From: Utricularia gibba
Lineage: Eukaryota; Plantae; Magnoliophyta
Assembly (NCBI GenBank): GCA_002189035.1
Contig: CM007991.1
Span: 3,038,001-3,102,000, forward strand
Length of the DNA stretch: 64,000 nt
Direction: 5' to 3'
The notes below the pieces were generated by a model. The model worked only from the letters and a program-made list of their open reading frames with translations, was not told the origin of the DNA and did no database searches. This document shows, piece after piece, positions 39,333 to 51,401 of this stretch. How positions within the stretch are numbered: position 1 is the stretch's first letter; each line of letters opens with the position of its first letter. The position numbers and the translations under genes were made by a program.

Positions 39333-42300
39333 ATGGCGGATATAGCTCATCCTCCCATGGATCAACTCCAGGACCTTGAGTACTGCATTGATTCTAACCC
39401 TCCATGGCGTATGTCCCATTAACTACTTTTTCGTTTTTTACTCATACATTGCTCAGTCAGTTTGCTCTGTGACTGATGGGTGTGACTTGTGTGCCTGTGT
39501 ATACTTTTTGTCGTCGCAATGTTTAAGGCATCAACTTCTGCATTTAATGAGTGGGGTGGGATGGGAATTGGGGGGTGGAGTTCTTTGCAATGAATTCAAA
39601 AGAAAATTCTGGATATTTTGTTGCTTCCAGGCTCCGACGTACCGTGTGTGGGGTGAAGCCTCATTTATTGGCCTGATAAAAGCTGCACAGTAATCAATTA
39701 AGAGCCGTGTTTATTGTTTTTACTAGCCGTTTTTAAGTCTGTCCGTGCGAAGCTCCACTGGCGTACTGGGCGGGTACGACACGTTGGGCTGATGGGGCTA
39801 CTAAACTTCAAAACCTTGACTTTGGTTCAGTAGGATGAACTATTTCTTACGTTTGATTTGGTGTTAATTTCATAGAACTGTTGATCTTTTTTTAACTTCC
39901 GGCCCTTCATACGAGATTCTAGAGCAAACTAGTTAGCTAGCCCCTGCTAAGCTGAATAATCGATGCTACGGTTGTACCGGGACCAGCTTTATTTCATGCT
40001 GTAGTTGCTGTTTATAAACGCATCATTGAATGGAGCTATCTGGTTGCCGGGAGATTAGCATTTTAATGGAACTTTATAATTTACTTCTTATATTTATTTC
40101 GTTTGCGTAACCTGATGAATGCTATTCGTACTAACTGAATTACCAGATTATGTTTTTTGATTGTAATTTTTCTCCTTTTTATTTCCACCTGCAGCTGAAA
40201 CCATTTTATTAGCGTTTCAGAATTACATTCTAGTACTTGGTACAAGTGTGATGATTCCAACGTTGCTTGTCCCCCAGATGGGTGGAAGTGATGTAAGCTG
40301 CTTATCTGGAATTGAATTAGAAGGATTTCCTTTACTGGCCTCTTCTATTGATGAAGCATTTGTGGGTTTCAGGGGGAGAAAGCTCGGGTTATTCAGACAT
40401 TGCTCTTTGTTGGTGGCATCAATACCCTTGTTCAAGCACTCTTTGGCACTAGGTTGCCAGCTGTTGTCGGAGGGTCTTTTGCTTATGTTGTTCCCATATC
40501 ATATATTATCAACGACTCGTCTTTACAACGGATCAACGATCCTCATGTAGTAAGAACCCCTGCACATTGTGATTTTCCTAGAAGTTTCTTTTGAAAAAGA
40601 TTGTCATTTTATCAGTTACCACTTTTCTGATCTCTTGCTCGGTTCCTTTGGTTGTAGAGATTTGTACAAACTATGAGAGCAATCCAAGGAGCTTTAATTA
40701 TAGCTTCAAGTATACAGATAATTCTTGGCTTTAGTCAAATATGGGGTCTGTTTTCACGGTACTGATTCTGTATGCAAACTGTGCAGACAAGTTCAAAGGT
40801 TGCATCTTTGAAACACTCACGTGACGTTCTTCACTCTTCACAGATTCTTCAGTCCTCTTGGAATGGCGCCTGTGGTCGGCTTAGTTGGGTTGGGTTTATT
40901 TCAGCGAGGATTTCCAGCAGTACGCCATAGTCGGCTTTGATTGCTCAACTATTTATTTACCTGATTGGGTGATAGCATAACGGTTTTTTATGTGTTTGCA
41001 GTTGGGGAATTGCATAGAAATTGGTTTGCCAATGCTTCTACTGGTCGTTGGATTGTCTCAAGTGAGCGGATACTTAGTAAATTAATCCTTGCAATTCTTG
41101 TTTTTTTTCTAGCATTCACAGTGATGTAGCTTTGCAATGGCAGTATTTGAAGCAAGTGAAACCTCTGAGAGACTTCCCCATCTTTGAAAGATTCCCCATA
41201 TTGATATCTGTGGCTATTGTTTGGTTATTCTCGGTGATCTTAACCGCTAGTGGAGCTTACCGTGGAAAACCGATGGCTACTCAGATGAGTTGCCGCACAG
41301 ACAGGGCCAATCTCATATCTACAGCTCCATGGTCTGTCTGTGACACCACCTTTCATCTCTCCCACTGATCATCTTGTTAAACGTATGACTCATGTCATGA
41401 AGGTTCATGTTCCCGTACCCACTGCAATGGGGACCTCCTACCTTTTCTGCTGGTCATTCCTTTGCCATGATATCGGCTGTTCTAGTCTCCATGGTGGAGG
41501 TATTGCTGTCTGCTTCCATTTATCATTGAAAAACATTGATTCCTAGTGATGAGATCTCAAGTTTTTGCTTCTTCCTGTGCAGTCCACTGGAGCATACAAG
41601 GCAGCCTCTCGTCTAGCAATTGCCACACCTCCTCCTGCATATGTACTCAGCCGTGGCATCGGCTGGCAGGTGTACTGTTTGATCCACATCAATATAGCTT
41701 GTGTATGCATGAAGTTTGCATGCTGCTGTCTGAGATGTTGTGGTTTGTGTTTGCAGGGGATTGGGATATTGCTAGATGGGCTTTTCGGAACCGTTACTGG
41801 TTCCACAGTGTCCGTGTAAGTGATGAAGAAAGACCAGACAAGACAGATTACGAAAAATGTGGGAAATCTACTAAACTGGGAAGCACCATCTTGTTATCTT
41901 GTGCAGGGAAAACGTGGGGCTTCTTGGACTAACCCGCGTAGGCAGCCGTAGAGTGGTGCAAATCTCCGCTGGTTTCATGATATTCTTCTCCATGCTTGGT
42001 TTGTATCACACTCCCTGTGCACCTCTACTGCCGCTTTCTCCTTCTCATGTCTGGCTCTGTGACAGGTAAATTTGGTGCTGTTTTTGCATCCATACCATTC
42101 CCGATATTTGCTGCACTCTACTGCGTCGTATTCGGCCTCGTCGGTACGTGCCATAGATACCAACTTCACCTCAACCAACACACACACACAACTATGCTCT
42201 GTTTCTAGACCATGTCACAGAGACGGAACTGCTGCAGGTTCAGTTGGCTTATCCTTCCTTCAGTTCACCAACATGAACTCCATGAGGAACCTCCTGATAA

Positions 42301-42703
42301 CCGGCCTCTCCCTCTTCCTCGGCATCTCCATTCCCCAGTTCTTCGACGAGTACTGGAGCCTCCCTCGTCGTGGGCTTGTTCACTCCAATGCAGGATGGGT
42401 AAGCACCAGCACCAGCACCAGCACCAGCCCCTTCCCTTTCAGTGTTTTCTAACTCACAGTCCCATTGTTCCTGTTGGATGATGGTTTCAGTTCAATGCCT
42501 TTCTGAACACGATCTTCATGTCGGCGCCGGTGGTGGGGCTGATCGTGGCGGTGGTGCTGGACAACACCCTGGAGGTGGACAAGTCGAACAAGGACAGGGG
42601 AATGGCGTGGTGGATCAAGTTCAGAACCTTCAGGGGAGACAACAGGAACGAGGAGTTCTACACGCTCCCCTTCAACCTCAACAGATTCTTCCCGCCCACT
42701 TAG
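39333..42703 (+). CDS. NAT1: Nucleobase-ascorbate transporter NAT1-like
   Basis: MADIAHPPMDQLQDLEYCIDSNPPW; NAT signature ENVGLLGLTRVGSRRV; 14 exons, all joining in frame with GT-AG junctions. Confidence 0.93.
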
Positions 42704-43239
42704 AGACACCATGCATCCACTCTTCCTTCATTCAGTCCACACCCTTCCTGGGACGCAACACACTGCTGCTGCTCATTTACAAGCAAGCATCTGAGACACT
42801 CGTCCCTCTCTGGTACCTTAACTGACGCCCTAGTACAAGCCTCTGTTGTGCTTTCTAGTGAGGATTTACAGTAAAGCCCCGCACCTTTTCATTATTGTCT
42901 CACAATAAGAATAGGGGTGATTTTGGCATTCCGCCATGTGTAGTTTTTTTTTTTAATTTTAAAATGATTTCAATATTATTTAAAATTATATATATGTTTT
43001 TTATAAATTCAAATAATGAACTCATCTATTAAATATATTATCATAAATAAATATTTTTTCATATTATTTAAATACAATAATTTTTATTTAAACTATATTT
43101 AATCAAGTATTTACCATGTTTTTTTTTACTTTTGCCGCGGCGCACCATCTGGCCGCTGCGGTACTTTTTTTTTTTTTTTTTTCATTTGCTTGATACCCTT
43201 CGCGCGTAACCTTCACTAAAGCGAATTTCAGTGTGGGAA

Positions 43240-44952
43240 ATGTATTCCGCCGCCGAGCATGGGCCGTTGGTGGAGTCGCTGGGGGAGGTTCTTGAGGGGA
43301 TATCTTTGTCGTTGGACTTTCAGATACCGGCTGCGCTTTCTGCGAGTTGCTTTACTTCTCGATGGCAAATCATCCGCTCCAGGCTTCTGAGTCTCAAATC
43401 GCTTGTCGGAGAACTCTCCGATTCCGCTCACTGGTCGGAGAACTCTCTCCTTGTTCCGCTCCTTCCGGAAATTTTCTCTAATCTGCGTCGCATCGAGAAT
43501 CTCAATCGCCAGTGCTGCGACGCTTCCGCCGTCAGTTATGGCAAGCTTCTGATGCAGTCCGACCTCGATATTGCCGCCACTTGGCTGTCCAAGCATGTGA
43601 ATGAGTTGGAGCTCCTCCTGCGCTCAGGCCTGCTCCAGCAGTCCACCGCAATCGTCCTCTCTCACCCGGAGGCGAATGCCTCGAGGGAGGAAGTAGCTTT
43701 CTTTATCAAGGACCTGCTCGCGAGGCTCCAAATAGGAGGTCCGGCGTTTAAGCGAAAAGCAATGGACTCGCTAGTCGAGCTTCTGTTGAAGGATGAAAAA
43801 TCAGCCATTCTCGTTGCGAAAGATGGGAACTTGGGCTGTTTAATCTCGTTGCTCGATCTGACTTCCGACCTTTCCATTCGAGAACTAGCCGTAACCGTCG
43901 TGTCGCTGTTAGTCTCCGCCGGCGATTTGCCTCGTAAACGCCTGTTTGAGGAAGGAGCATTGGGCCCGTTACTGAGAATAATCGATTCTGGTTCAATGCG
44001 CATGAAGGAAAAAGCTGCAATGGCCTTGGAGTTCATCACCGCTGATGCTGATAACCATTGGGCACTCTCTGCTTATGGGGGAATTCCGGTTATCATTGAA
44101 CTGTGCAAAGCTGGTTCTCTTCTTGCACAATCATATGCTGCCGGTGTGATCAGAAATGTTTCTATCAGTGAAGACATTCGAATGGCTTTAGCTGAAGAAG
44201 GAGCTGATTCTGCTGTAATGCAGTTACTCGCTTCCAAGAATCCTTGCATACAGTGCAAAGCGGCCCATTGCCTGTCAATCATTGCTTCTGCCAGCGACCA
44301 TTTTCGTAGTGAATTGTTGCAGCCTAAGTGTTTGCAGCGGCTCCTCCTCACATTTCAGGAGTGCACTGAATCTGATGCACTGGAACCCATTCTGCATGCC
44401 ATTTATTCACTTTCCTCCTCAGATGTTGGCTATGAGATTCTTTCTAGATCCACCCTCTTCATTCTACGTCTTGCTGAGCTTGTGAAGCATGGCACTTTAG
44501 TTTTACAGCATCTATCTGCTTCTCTGCTGGCTAACTTGGCTATCAGCGATGAGAACAAGAGAGCTGTCAGTGGTTGTATGGGTGCTCTTGTGAAGCTAAT
44601 GGGATCTTCAAAGCCTGATGGCATGCAGGAAGCAGCCGCAAAGGCACTGGTGTCGTTGCTATCCGTAAGATGCAACAGGATGCAGTTGGTTAGAGATGAT
44701 AAGACCTTGATGAGGCTGGTGCAGATGCTGAACCCTGAGCATCAGTTGGTATCAAAGAAATTTCCAGTTACAGTCGTGGCGGCGATCTTGGCTGAAGGGA
44801 GCCATGGATGCCGGAGGAGGCTGCTCACAGCGGGTGCTTCGGAGTATCTACAGAGACTGACTGAACTGGATATCCCCGGAGCCAAAAAGGCTTTGCAGAG
44901 AGTTTCCTCTAACCGGCTTGCATCTATGTTGAACTGGAGGTGGAAGCAATAG
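43240..44952 (+). CDS. Intronless ARM-repeat protein (Vac8-like ARM superfamily)
   Basis: About 570-aa ORF from ATG 43240 with repeated helical ARM units (EEGALGPLLRII, YGGIPVIIELC, GCMGALVKLM). Confidence 0.85.
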   Translation: MYSAAEHGPLVESLGEVLEGISLSLDFQIPAALSASCFTSRWQIIRSRLLSLKSLVGELSDSAHWSENSLLVPLLPEIFSNLRRIENLNRQCCDASAVSYGKLLMQSDLDIAATWLSKHVNELELLLRSGLLQQSTAIVLSHPEANASREEVAFFIKDLLARLQIGGPAFKRKAMDSLVELLLKDEKSAILVAKDGNLGCLISLLDLTSDLSIRELAVTVVSLLVSAGDLPRKRLFEEGALGPLLRIIDSGSMRMKEKAAMALEFITADADNHWALSAYGGIPVIIELCKAGSLLAQSYAAGVIRNVSISEDIRMALAEEGADSAVMQLLASKNPCIQCKAAHCLSIIASASDHFRSELLQPKCLQRLLLTFQECTESDALEPILHAIYSLSSSDVGYEILSRSTLFILRLAELVKHGTLVLQHLSASLLANLAISDENKRAVSGCMGALVKLMGSSKPDGMQEAAAKALVSLLSVRCNRMQLVRDDKTLMRLVQMLNPEHQLVSKKFPVTVVAAILAEGSHGCRRRLLTAGASEYLQRLTELDIPGAKKALQRVSSNRLASMLNWRWKQ

Positions 44953-45213
44953 TCCCACGGGTAATCAATCCGCTTGAAGTACATATCTACTCTTTATGCT
45001 GTCATCAATTAGCTCAGAGTCACGTAATCTGCCTCGCAGAATGCAATGGATCACCAAACAGCTCAGTGCATCATACAATGAATCACCAAAAAGCAAAAAT
45101 GGATGCAGCTAGTTTTTCTCCGTGCCCATCCTCGATCACCCGACTGTGGGTTGTTGTTTGCCTTTTTGACTCAGTTGCTAACGAGTTGTTTTTGTATATG
45201 TCTCATCCGGCGG

Positions 45214-45485
45214 TTAGAAACCTCTGACTGGTAGCAATTGAATTATCTACAAGTTGGTCCATCAAACCACACAAACGGAAGAGTATTGAGGTCCGACGCG
45301 CTTCGCGGCGGGAGAAACCTGCCGCCATGGCTGCAATGGCCAGTACGCCCATCCCTGGCACCATTGATGACGTTTCATCACGGCCTCCAAATCGCAACCG
45401 CTACTGCGATCGCGCACGATTATAATCAGAAAAGGAGATTGAAAGAAAGATGAAACCGTCGGAAGGACGACGGAGGGGAAACCAT
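45214..45485 (-). CDS. Candidate small spliced ORF (30-48 aa, Trp-rich), function unknown
   Basis: A 72-nt CAG|GTTTCT...TTGTAG| intron (45318-45247) joins MKRHQWCQGWAYWPLQPWRQ to IIQLLPVRGF*; site II motifs lie directly upstream. Confidence 0.35.
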
Positions 45486-45508
45486 TTGGCGAAGAAGAGG
45501 CGCCCGGT

Positions 45509-45616
45509 TGGGCCCGTTGCTGTTCTTCTCCCGACTGGAGCGGGCCGAGGATGGGAGTGACATGGGCCGAACCCAAGCCCAAAATCTAACAATCCCTAGA
45601 AAGAAAAGGGGGCCCA
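45509..45616. promoter_or_regulatory. Site II cluster between two gene 3' ends
   Basis: TGGGCC at 45509 and 45563, AGCCCA at 45576, GGCCCA at 45611. Confidence 0.5.
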
Positions 45617-45748
45617 GACCCTTTATCCAATATTCACCAATCAATTCATACAGCCGGTTCTTTTTTTACACCATAATAATGAAGTTACAACGCCAGACGC
45701 ACTCTGAACTTGGAATCCGAAGGCAGGACATGGCCTTGGGAGCCAAGG

Positions 45749-47838
45749 CTACTTTTTCTGATGAACAGCGACTTGGTGTATATGCATGTCCTTCAACATC
45801 ACCGAGCGCCCGCAGGAATCGCAGGGCGCAGTTCTCGACCCGCATAGGCTTTCATGTTCTGATAAGCCTCTGATTCGGTCCCGGGCATCTGCGGCAGAAC
45901 TCCCAGCTTGAACCATGTCTCCACAGAAACGGCACGTGACGAGTCGTAGTGGGCAGAGCGAAGATTGGTGCCGCACCTGGGAAGAAACAAGAACCACAAA
46001 CGCATTACTGATGGCCTGTTCGTTCATCAATACCTTGGAAGAATTAAGTTGTTCCTACCATTTCCTCCTTCTCAAGTGTGATCCCACAAGCGCAGTGTAG
46101 TGGCTCGTGGAACACTTTGATGTGTTTCTCAATCTCCCCGCTGTGAAGAGCCTTACCGCATTTTCCACAGTGGACATGGTTTTTAGCCTCTTCGATCCGA
46201 AGAACAATCCCACAATCAGCATGACTGCAGACAACGTTGTTTCTGATGCAATATGCCTCGTGTAGCGCAACTGCCCTGGAAGGTACAAAGCGCTTACAGT
46301 TTGAACACTGGACAGAATCATCAGAAGCAGATAATGATGACGACCCAGCAAGCTGGCCTGGTCTCTCTTTAGGTGCATCTTTGATGTCGATCGATAACTT
46401 GTATTTTGAGGTACCCTTGAAGCCAAATACAGCAACACTGTATGTTCCTGGCCCAAGGTTTTCATCCTCTGAACTAAGAACTAATGCCTTTGAACCCACA
46501 TCGTTTGAAGACCACATATGTTGGTGCACCGTTGGCAATAGAAGCGGATGCTTGGACACATACAGGTCAATATCTCCCTCCAATGACTGTGCCTCCAAAT
46601 TAATCACGAGTTTGGCTTCCTCCGAAGAAATTCGTCTCCAAGAATCATCACCTAAAGTGAACTTATAGTAACTGTAGCTCCCTTCATTAACCACCCCAAG
46701 CTCAGATTTTCCAAGCACCAGGGGTTTTAATACGTATTGCGCACCCTCTTCAACAGAGTCGGGACCTATGATATCCACTTCAATATCTGTTTCTAGTACA
46801 GATACGCCCGACGCAGGTTTTAAGTCTAAAACCCGCAAGTGATAGGTGAGTACACCATAGGAGATAGTTAAGATATCACCCTTTGAAAGAGTTGCATGCT
46901 GGCGAAGGGTGGTCTCCAGGACTGCCTTGTGATTGGGAATATCAGAAAAACCGATTTCGGCTGACTGGAGTTTTGCATAAGTTCCCTTTGGAAGCCAAAC
47001 ATACCGGACTTCTACCAACGTGGGATTTGAGTTCCCAGAACTTAGTAAGTTATTCCAACAGTGCGGAGGCAGTTCTACATTTCCTTCGGTTGCAGAAAAC
47101 TCAAGGACACCAGCATGTGTCAAACCATTTTCAGAACTCTTGGAATCTGAAGACGCCTCTTGGTGAATTAAGGATAACGAGAAATGCAAGGGTCCTTTAT
47201 CGAAAGCTTCTTTTTCAGACAGCTCCTTGAAGCATGAAGGGGGGAGTTTGATCTTATCCCCACTACCCTGATAGGGAACAGCTTCTAGAATACGAGAAAA
47301 GACAACCCCGTGACCAGCAGCAAAATTCTCTTCTTTAATCTGTTCGGCCTGGAAAACGTGCAATAGAACACATCATGAAGTTAAAACAACCCAACGACGT
47401 ATTTTTATGGTCTCATACATCTCAAAAAAACTTCTTTTATGCTGCTTATCTCTAAAGAAAAGAGACAGGAATCTGAAAAAAAAAAAAGGTAAATGGCGAT
47501 CGCGGTTGAAGGGCTTCAGAGAAAACGGAACAAATTCTCCTACAAAGCATCGCTGTTGAAAACAGATAGCATAACACAGATGGCGCGATGTCATATGCAT
47601 CGCCCCAAATCGCCACTCAGGATCACAAAAAAGTAGTAAGGAAATGAAAACGGACCTTGGCTTCGGCTTCGGCGGCCATAAGCCGGCGCACCCGCTGAGC
47701 TTCTTCGATAGCTTGGCGCTGGAGAAGGGCTTCTTGCCTGGCCTTCCTTTCTCTTTCCAGTTTGACTCTCGCCCTCTCTTTCCTCTCCCTCTGTTCCTTT
47801 TCCAGCTTCTCTCTCGCCCTACTCAGATCAAAATCCAT
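45749..47838 (-). CDS. UFD1-domain protein with N-terminal coiled coil and C-terminal zinc fingers (At4g15420-like)
   Basis: Three exons: MDFDLSRAREKLEKEQ coiled coil; UFD1 core GDKIKLPPS...THAGVLEFSA...HKAVLETTLRQHATL; CxxC...H zinc-finger repeats. Confidence 0.88.
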
Positions 47839-48522
47839 TTCCGCAACCCGAAGCTATCGATCAATCCAATTCCCCGTATCTAATCAACCCCAATTCTGAT
47901 TTTCGTAGGCCAAACGTTCTCCAACGCGCTTTATGGATTCGTCATGTCACCGTGTTCATATACTCATCCATCAGCCGACGGAAATCAATTTCCGTCTGGC
48001 CCTAGAATTCCCCGACGCTTCCTTCTGTCTTCCAGAAAGATCTGGACCTTTCGAAATGTAGACGGTTCGGACACCTATTGGGCTCTTTCAAGCCCAATTG
48101 TCTTTCCTTATTCAGTCCCATTATGTACAAAAATTGGCGACCCACGTGTTTCATGGGCAATTAAGACATTTCACAGATATTCCCACTACCAACTGTCCAC
48201 CGGACGGAGAAGACGGGGAATCATCTGAAGATGAACCAGAGCTCAAGCCATCATAAACAAGAAGGTATAAGCCAAGGACTACTAGTTGCAGAAAAAACAT
48301 CAAATCTTGGGTGTTTTCTAGAATCTGAAATGTCTGATGAGAAGCTCGGGGTGCTGTTTATGAGGGTAGTAAGCACTATGAAGATCAGGATACACATGAA
48401 TTGATGGTTCGAAATGAGCTCTTCGATCTGCAAACGCAGAAATTGTTACTGATCTATGAGCCTGTGTTGGGTTTTTGTGCACCTTCTTCATCTGTACTCG
48501 AAAATTGAATATCTATCATGGC

Positions 48523-49212
48523 TTAGCTTCTGGGGTCGTCGTTGTGCTCTCCTTCCCCAAGCTTGAAATCGATGCCCGTCATTGATCTCTCTTGACAGAG
48601 CATTTCTTTCTCCAGGTGTTGGCAGTAGTTTTCGAAAACTCGGGAGCTCACATATACCTCGAAATCCAACAGAAACAGAAGCTCTAACTCCAGTCTGTTG
48701 ATCTCTGCGTTGCTCAATCCTCCCACTCGGGCGTAGAACGCATTATTGTAGTGCCTGAAAATGATGAATTCCCACAGCTCAAATATAGTTTTTCGTTTAA
48801 ACCAACAGCAGCCAGAGTAGGAGAAGCCGACTAACTCACACATCGTCTAGAATCTTGGAGGCGACCATGACACTGGTAACCAGTAATCTATGAACATTGA
48901 CCGATAGAACCAGAGAATCCGGATATTTATGCACCAATCGATCAATATACACGAATCCCACAATGAAACACGCGGGGCTGCAGCTCGTGTACTTGTAGAT
49001 CCTCTGAACATAATTCTCCAGACTGATCGCCGGCGCCCTGCTTCCATGAAACGCGATGAGGCTCCTGCCGGAGGCTGCTTCCCCAAACAGTCGTTTCTAG
49101 CGACAAGCTTCTCGAGCACACTGGAGAGGATCCAAAGTGCCCTTGGTGGGGGTGAAGGCTTTTCAGGGACCGGCTCCGGGCTGCAGTGCTCTTCGCTGCC
49201 GGTGGCGAGCAT
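48523..49212 (-). CDS. CYCU1;1: U-type (P-type) cyclin CYCU1;1-like; frameshift at 49081-49084
   Basis: PRALWILSSVLEKLVARN, then after +1 G: SLIAFHGSRAPAISLENYVQRIYKYTSCSPACF...VHRLLVTSVMVASKILDD|HYNNAFYARVGG. Confidence 0.87.
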
Positions 49213-49733
49213 TTAGATTACTTTGGAGAAAAGTGAAGGAATGGCGGGGGGCATGGCTGGGCTCGCATTCTTATCCGTTTGGGATGGGATGGGATGGGAT
49301 ATCCACCAAAACATTGTTGGAAACATGTCACCCACAAACAACAGACGAAAAGGACAGCTCCAATCCCGCAAAGGCGGAATCTGTAGTCTCAAATGTTCAT
49401 CAATCATTAAGAAAGAGATGCGGTTGAGAAACCATTGAAAAGATGATGAGTTCAGAGAGACCCACGGCGTTGGCTTCCCGGGATCCAGCGAGTTTTTTGG
49501 TTTGTTCACGATGGATCTATCCAAGTTCTAAGACTTTTGGAGATGACTGTGGATCCAAAAACTGTATGCTAAGATGGAGGAATCGTTGGAGCTGCATCCC
49601 AAAATGAAGGTGCGAGAAATTTGAAGAAATGATGCACCATTTGTCAGATTAATATCAAATCAGTAATGAAGATCAATGGAAAATAAGAATGAATCATGGA
49701 GACAATCGACTAAGATGTGATCCACTTGGACCA

Positions 49734-50305
49734 CTAGAAGGAAATGCTAGCTGGGCCTGGAGTGACCGGGACTTCTCCGGTGGAAGGAGCAAATTGTGGC
49801 GGCAGCGCTGCAGGTGGTGGCGGAGAAAACAGTGTAGGGGGCAGCGGAGGGATAGTCAATTCAGGAGGCAGCTGAGGAGGTGTCGAATCAGGAAGACTTG
49901 GAGGAGGAGAGAACCATGTGGGAGGCGGCGGCAGCGGCTCAAGGGGAGGATCTGGGGCGGAAAACCAGTTACCGTGGTTGGCGGGGGTGGCGGCGGTGGC
50001 GGAGGAGGATATAAATCCGGCAAAATGGGGGCATTACTGTTGCTTGTCTGCGGAGGTGGTGAAGCCCTAGGATGACCGGAATTGATGGGACGAGACCCAG
50101 AAGAGGGAATACCGGTATTTGGGTTAGGGAGAGCCCTTGGCGTCTGCTCAGCGCAAGAACTCGAAGAGCATTGCGAGATTCTTCCGGCATTGTTGTCGCG
50201 GCGCTGATGTAGCGCGATCCCAAGCACGAGGCCGATGATGATGAGGAGTATTACCACGGCCACGAAGATCTTGGTCGCCTTCCCCACATAACACTTTAGT
50301 TCCAT
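49734..50305 (-). CDS. Single-pass membrane protein with Pro-rich tail; probable frameshift at 49954-49957
   Basis: MELKCYVGKATKIFVAVVILLIIIGLVLGIAL hydrophobic anchor and poly-Pro. Adding one C continues the Pro-rich frame to a TAG at 49734 (unshifted stop at 49856). Confidence 0.65.
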
Positions 50306-50711
50306 GAATTTGCAGGTTCGGACTTCAGACTGCACCAAGATCGAGTCTTTTCGCTGTTAGCATTCCTTGCTTTGTGAACTGCGGCCTGGCCACCAGAGGG
50401 TGGGCTTGCTCTGTTTTGGTTGCTAGTCCGCACGTGACCCACATTCCTTGTTTTGGTCTGGGGACTTGACTACCCAAAACATGTTCTGTGTCTGGGAACT
50501 GCTCAGATCAGAATCATCGCGTCTGGGTAAAACACCTATCTGTAAATGCAGGATTTTTGGGACCCAAAACCCAGAACTTGTAGCCCATTTCACCAAAACT
50601 TCAACTTGCAACTAAACAAGATCAGAACTTCACTCTGAGAAGTAAGGAACTTCAATTTAGAAACTACAAATTTCAGAAATTGGCAACCCTGCGTATTACA
50701 TAGTTGCAGAA

Positions 50712-51401
50712 TTAGTAGTTCACTCTCATAACAATCCTCGTCCGATGCTCCCCAGCAAGATAAACATCTCGTGAATCAACAAATCGTGATTTGCTGAACA
50801 GCTTCGCTATTTTCATCACTCGATCCTTGTTGCACTGTTCAACAGACACCACACAATGCCCTCCAGTTTTAACCGTCCTCTCAATCTGATCCACATACCG
50901 CTTTGGGAACAAGGCTCTGTCCAAATACACACCAAAACCCAGATCGAAACTCCCGTCGAAAAAGGGCAAATTATGTGGATCAGCACGAGTCACAAGCGGC
51001 GGAGACTCCACAATCTCCACTGCAGTGACTTCTTCCACGCCCAACCCATTCAGCGCCTGCACGGCCTGCCCTGGTCCGGCGGAGACAATCAGTACGTGCG
51101 ACTGATTGGAAATGTAATCCCGAGCGTATAAATCCCGGAATAGATCAGTGTAAGAAGAAACAGCGTTAGCCCAGGCTTTGGTCGACCAGAGACGGTGATT
51201 GCGCTTCTCTATGGAGGCGTAGGGGCGATGGGTAAGGTCGCAGGTGGATTCAGGGAAATGTGTGTGCGAATTTATGTTGGGATCCGACGGATCGGAACAA
51301 GTTTGAGGGTTTTGGATCCAGAGGAGAAGAAGGGTGACCGTTGCGATCGTAATCGATGCGTATGAAATCTTGTTCAGCAGAACCTGGACGTGCTTCTCCA
51401 T
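50712..51401 (-). CDS. Membrane-anchored methyltransferase type 11-like protein
   Basis: Intronless ORF from ATG 51401; N-terminal hydrophobic segment, VSAGPGQAV glycine loop and ADPHNLPFFDGSFDLGF post-I/II motifs. Confidence 0.8.
   Translation of the reverse strand: MEKHVQVLLNKISYASITIATVTLLLLWIQNPQTCSDPSDPNINSHTHFPESTCDLTHRPYASIEKRNHRLWSTKAWANAVSSYTDLFRDLYARDYISNQSHVLIVSAGPGQAVQALNGLGVEEVTAVEIVESPPLVTRADPHNLPFFDGSFDLGFGVYLDRALFPKRYVDQIERTVKTGGHCVVSVEQCNKDRVMKIAKLFSKSRFVDSRDVYLAGEHRTRIVMRVNY

Noticed and set aside
49213-49524. 103-aa ORF whose stop abuts the CYCU ATG
   Set aside because: It starts at TTG, has no recognisable motif, and probably extends upstream of the TSS; chance is likely.
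49689-50075. Gly/Arg-rich + strand ORF (128 aa)
   Set aside because: It is the antisense shadow of the Pro-rich minus-strand gene.
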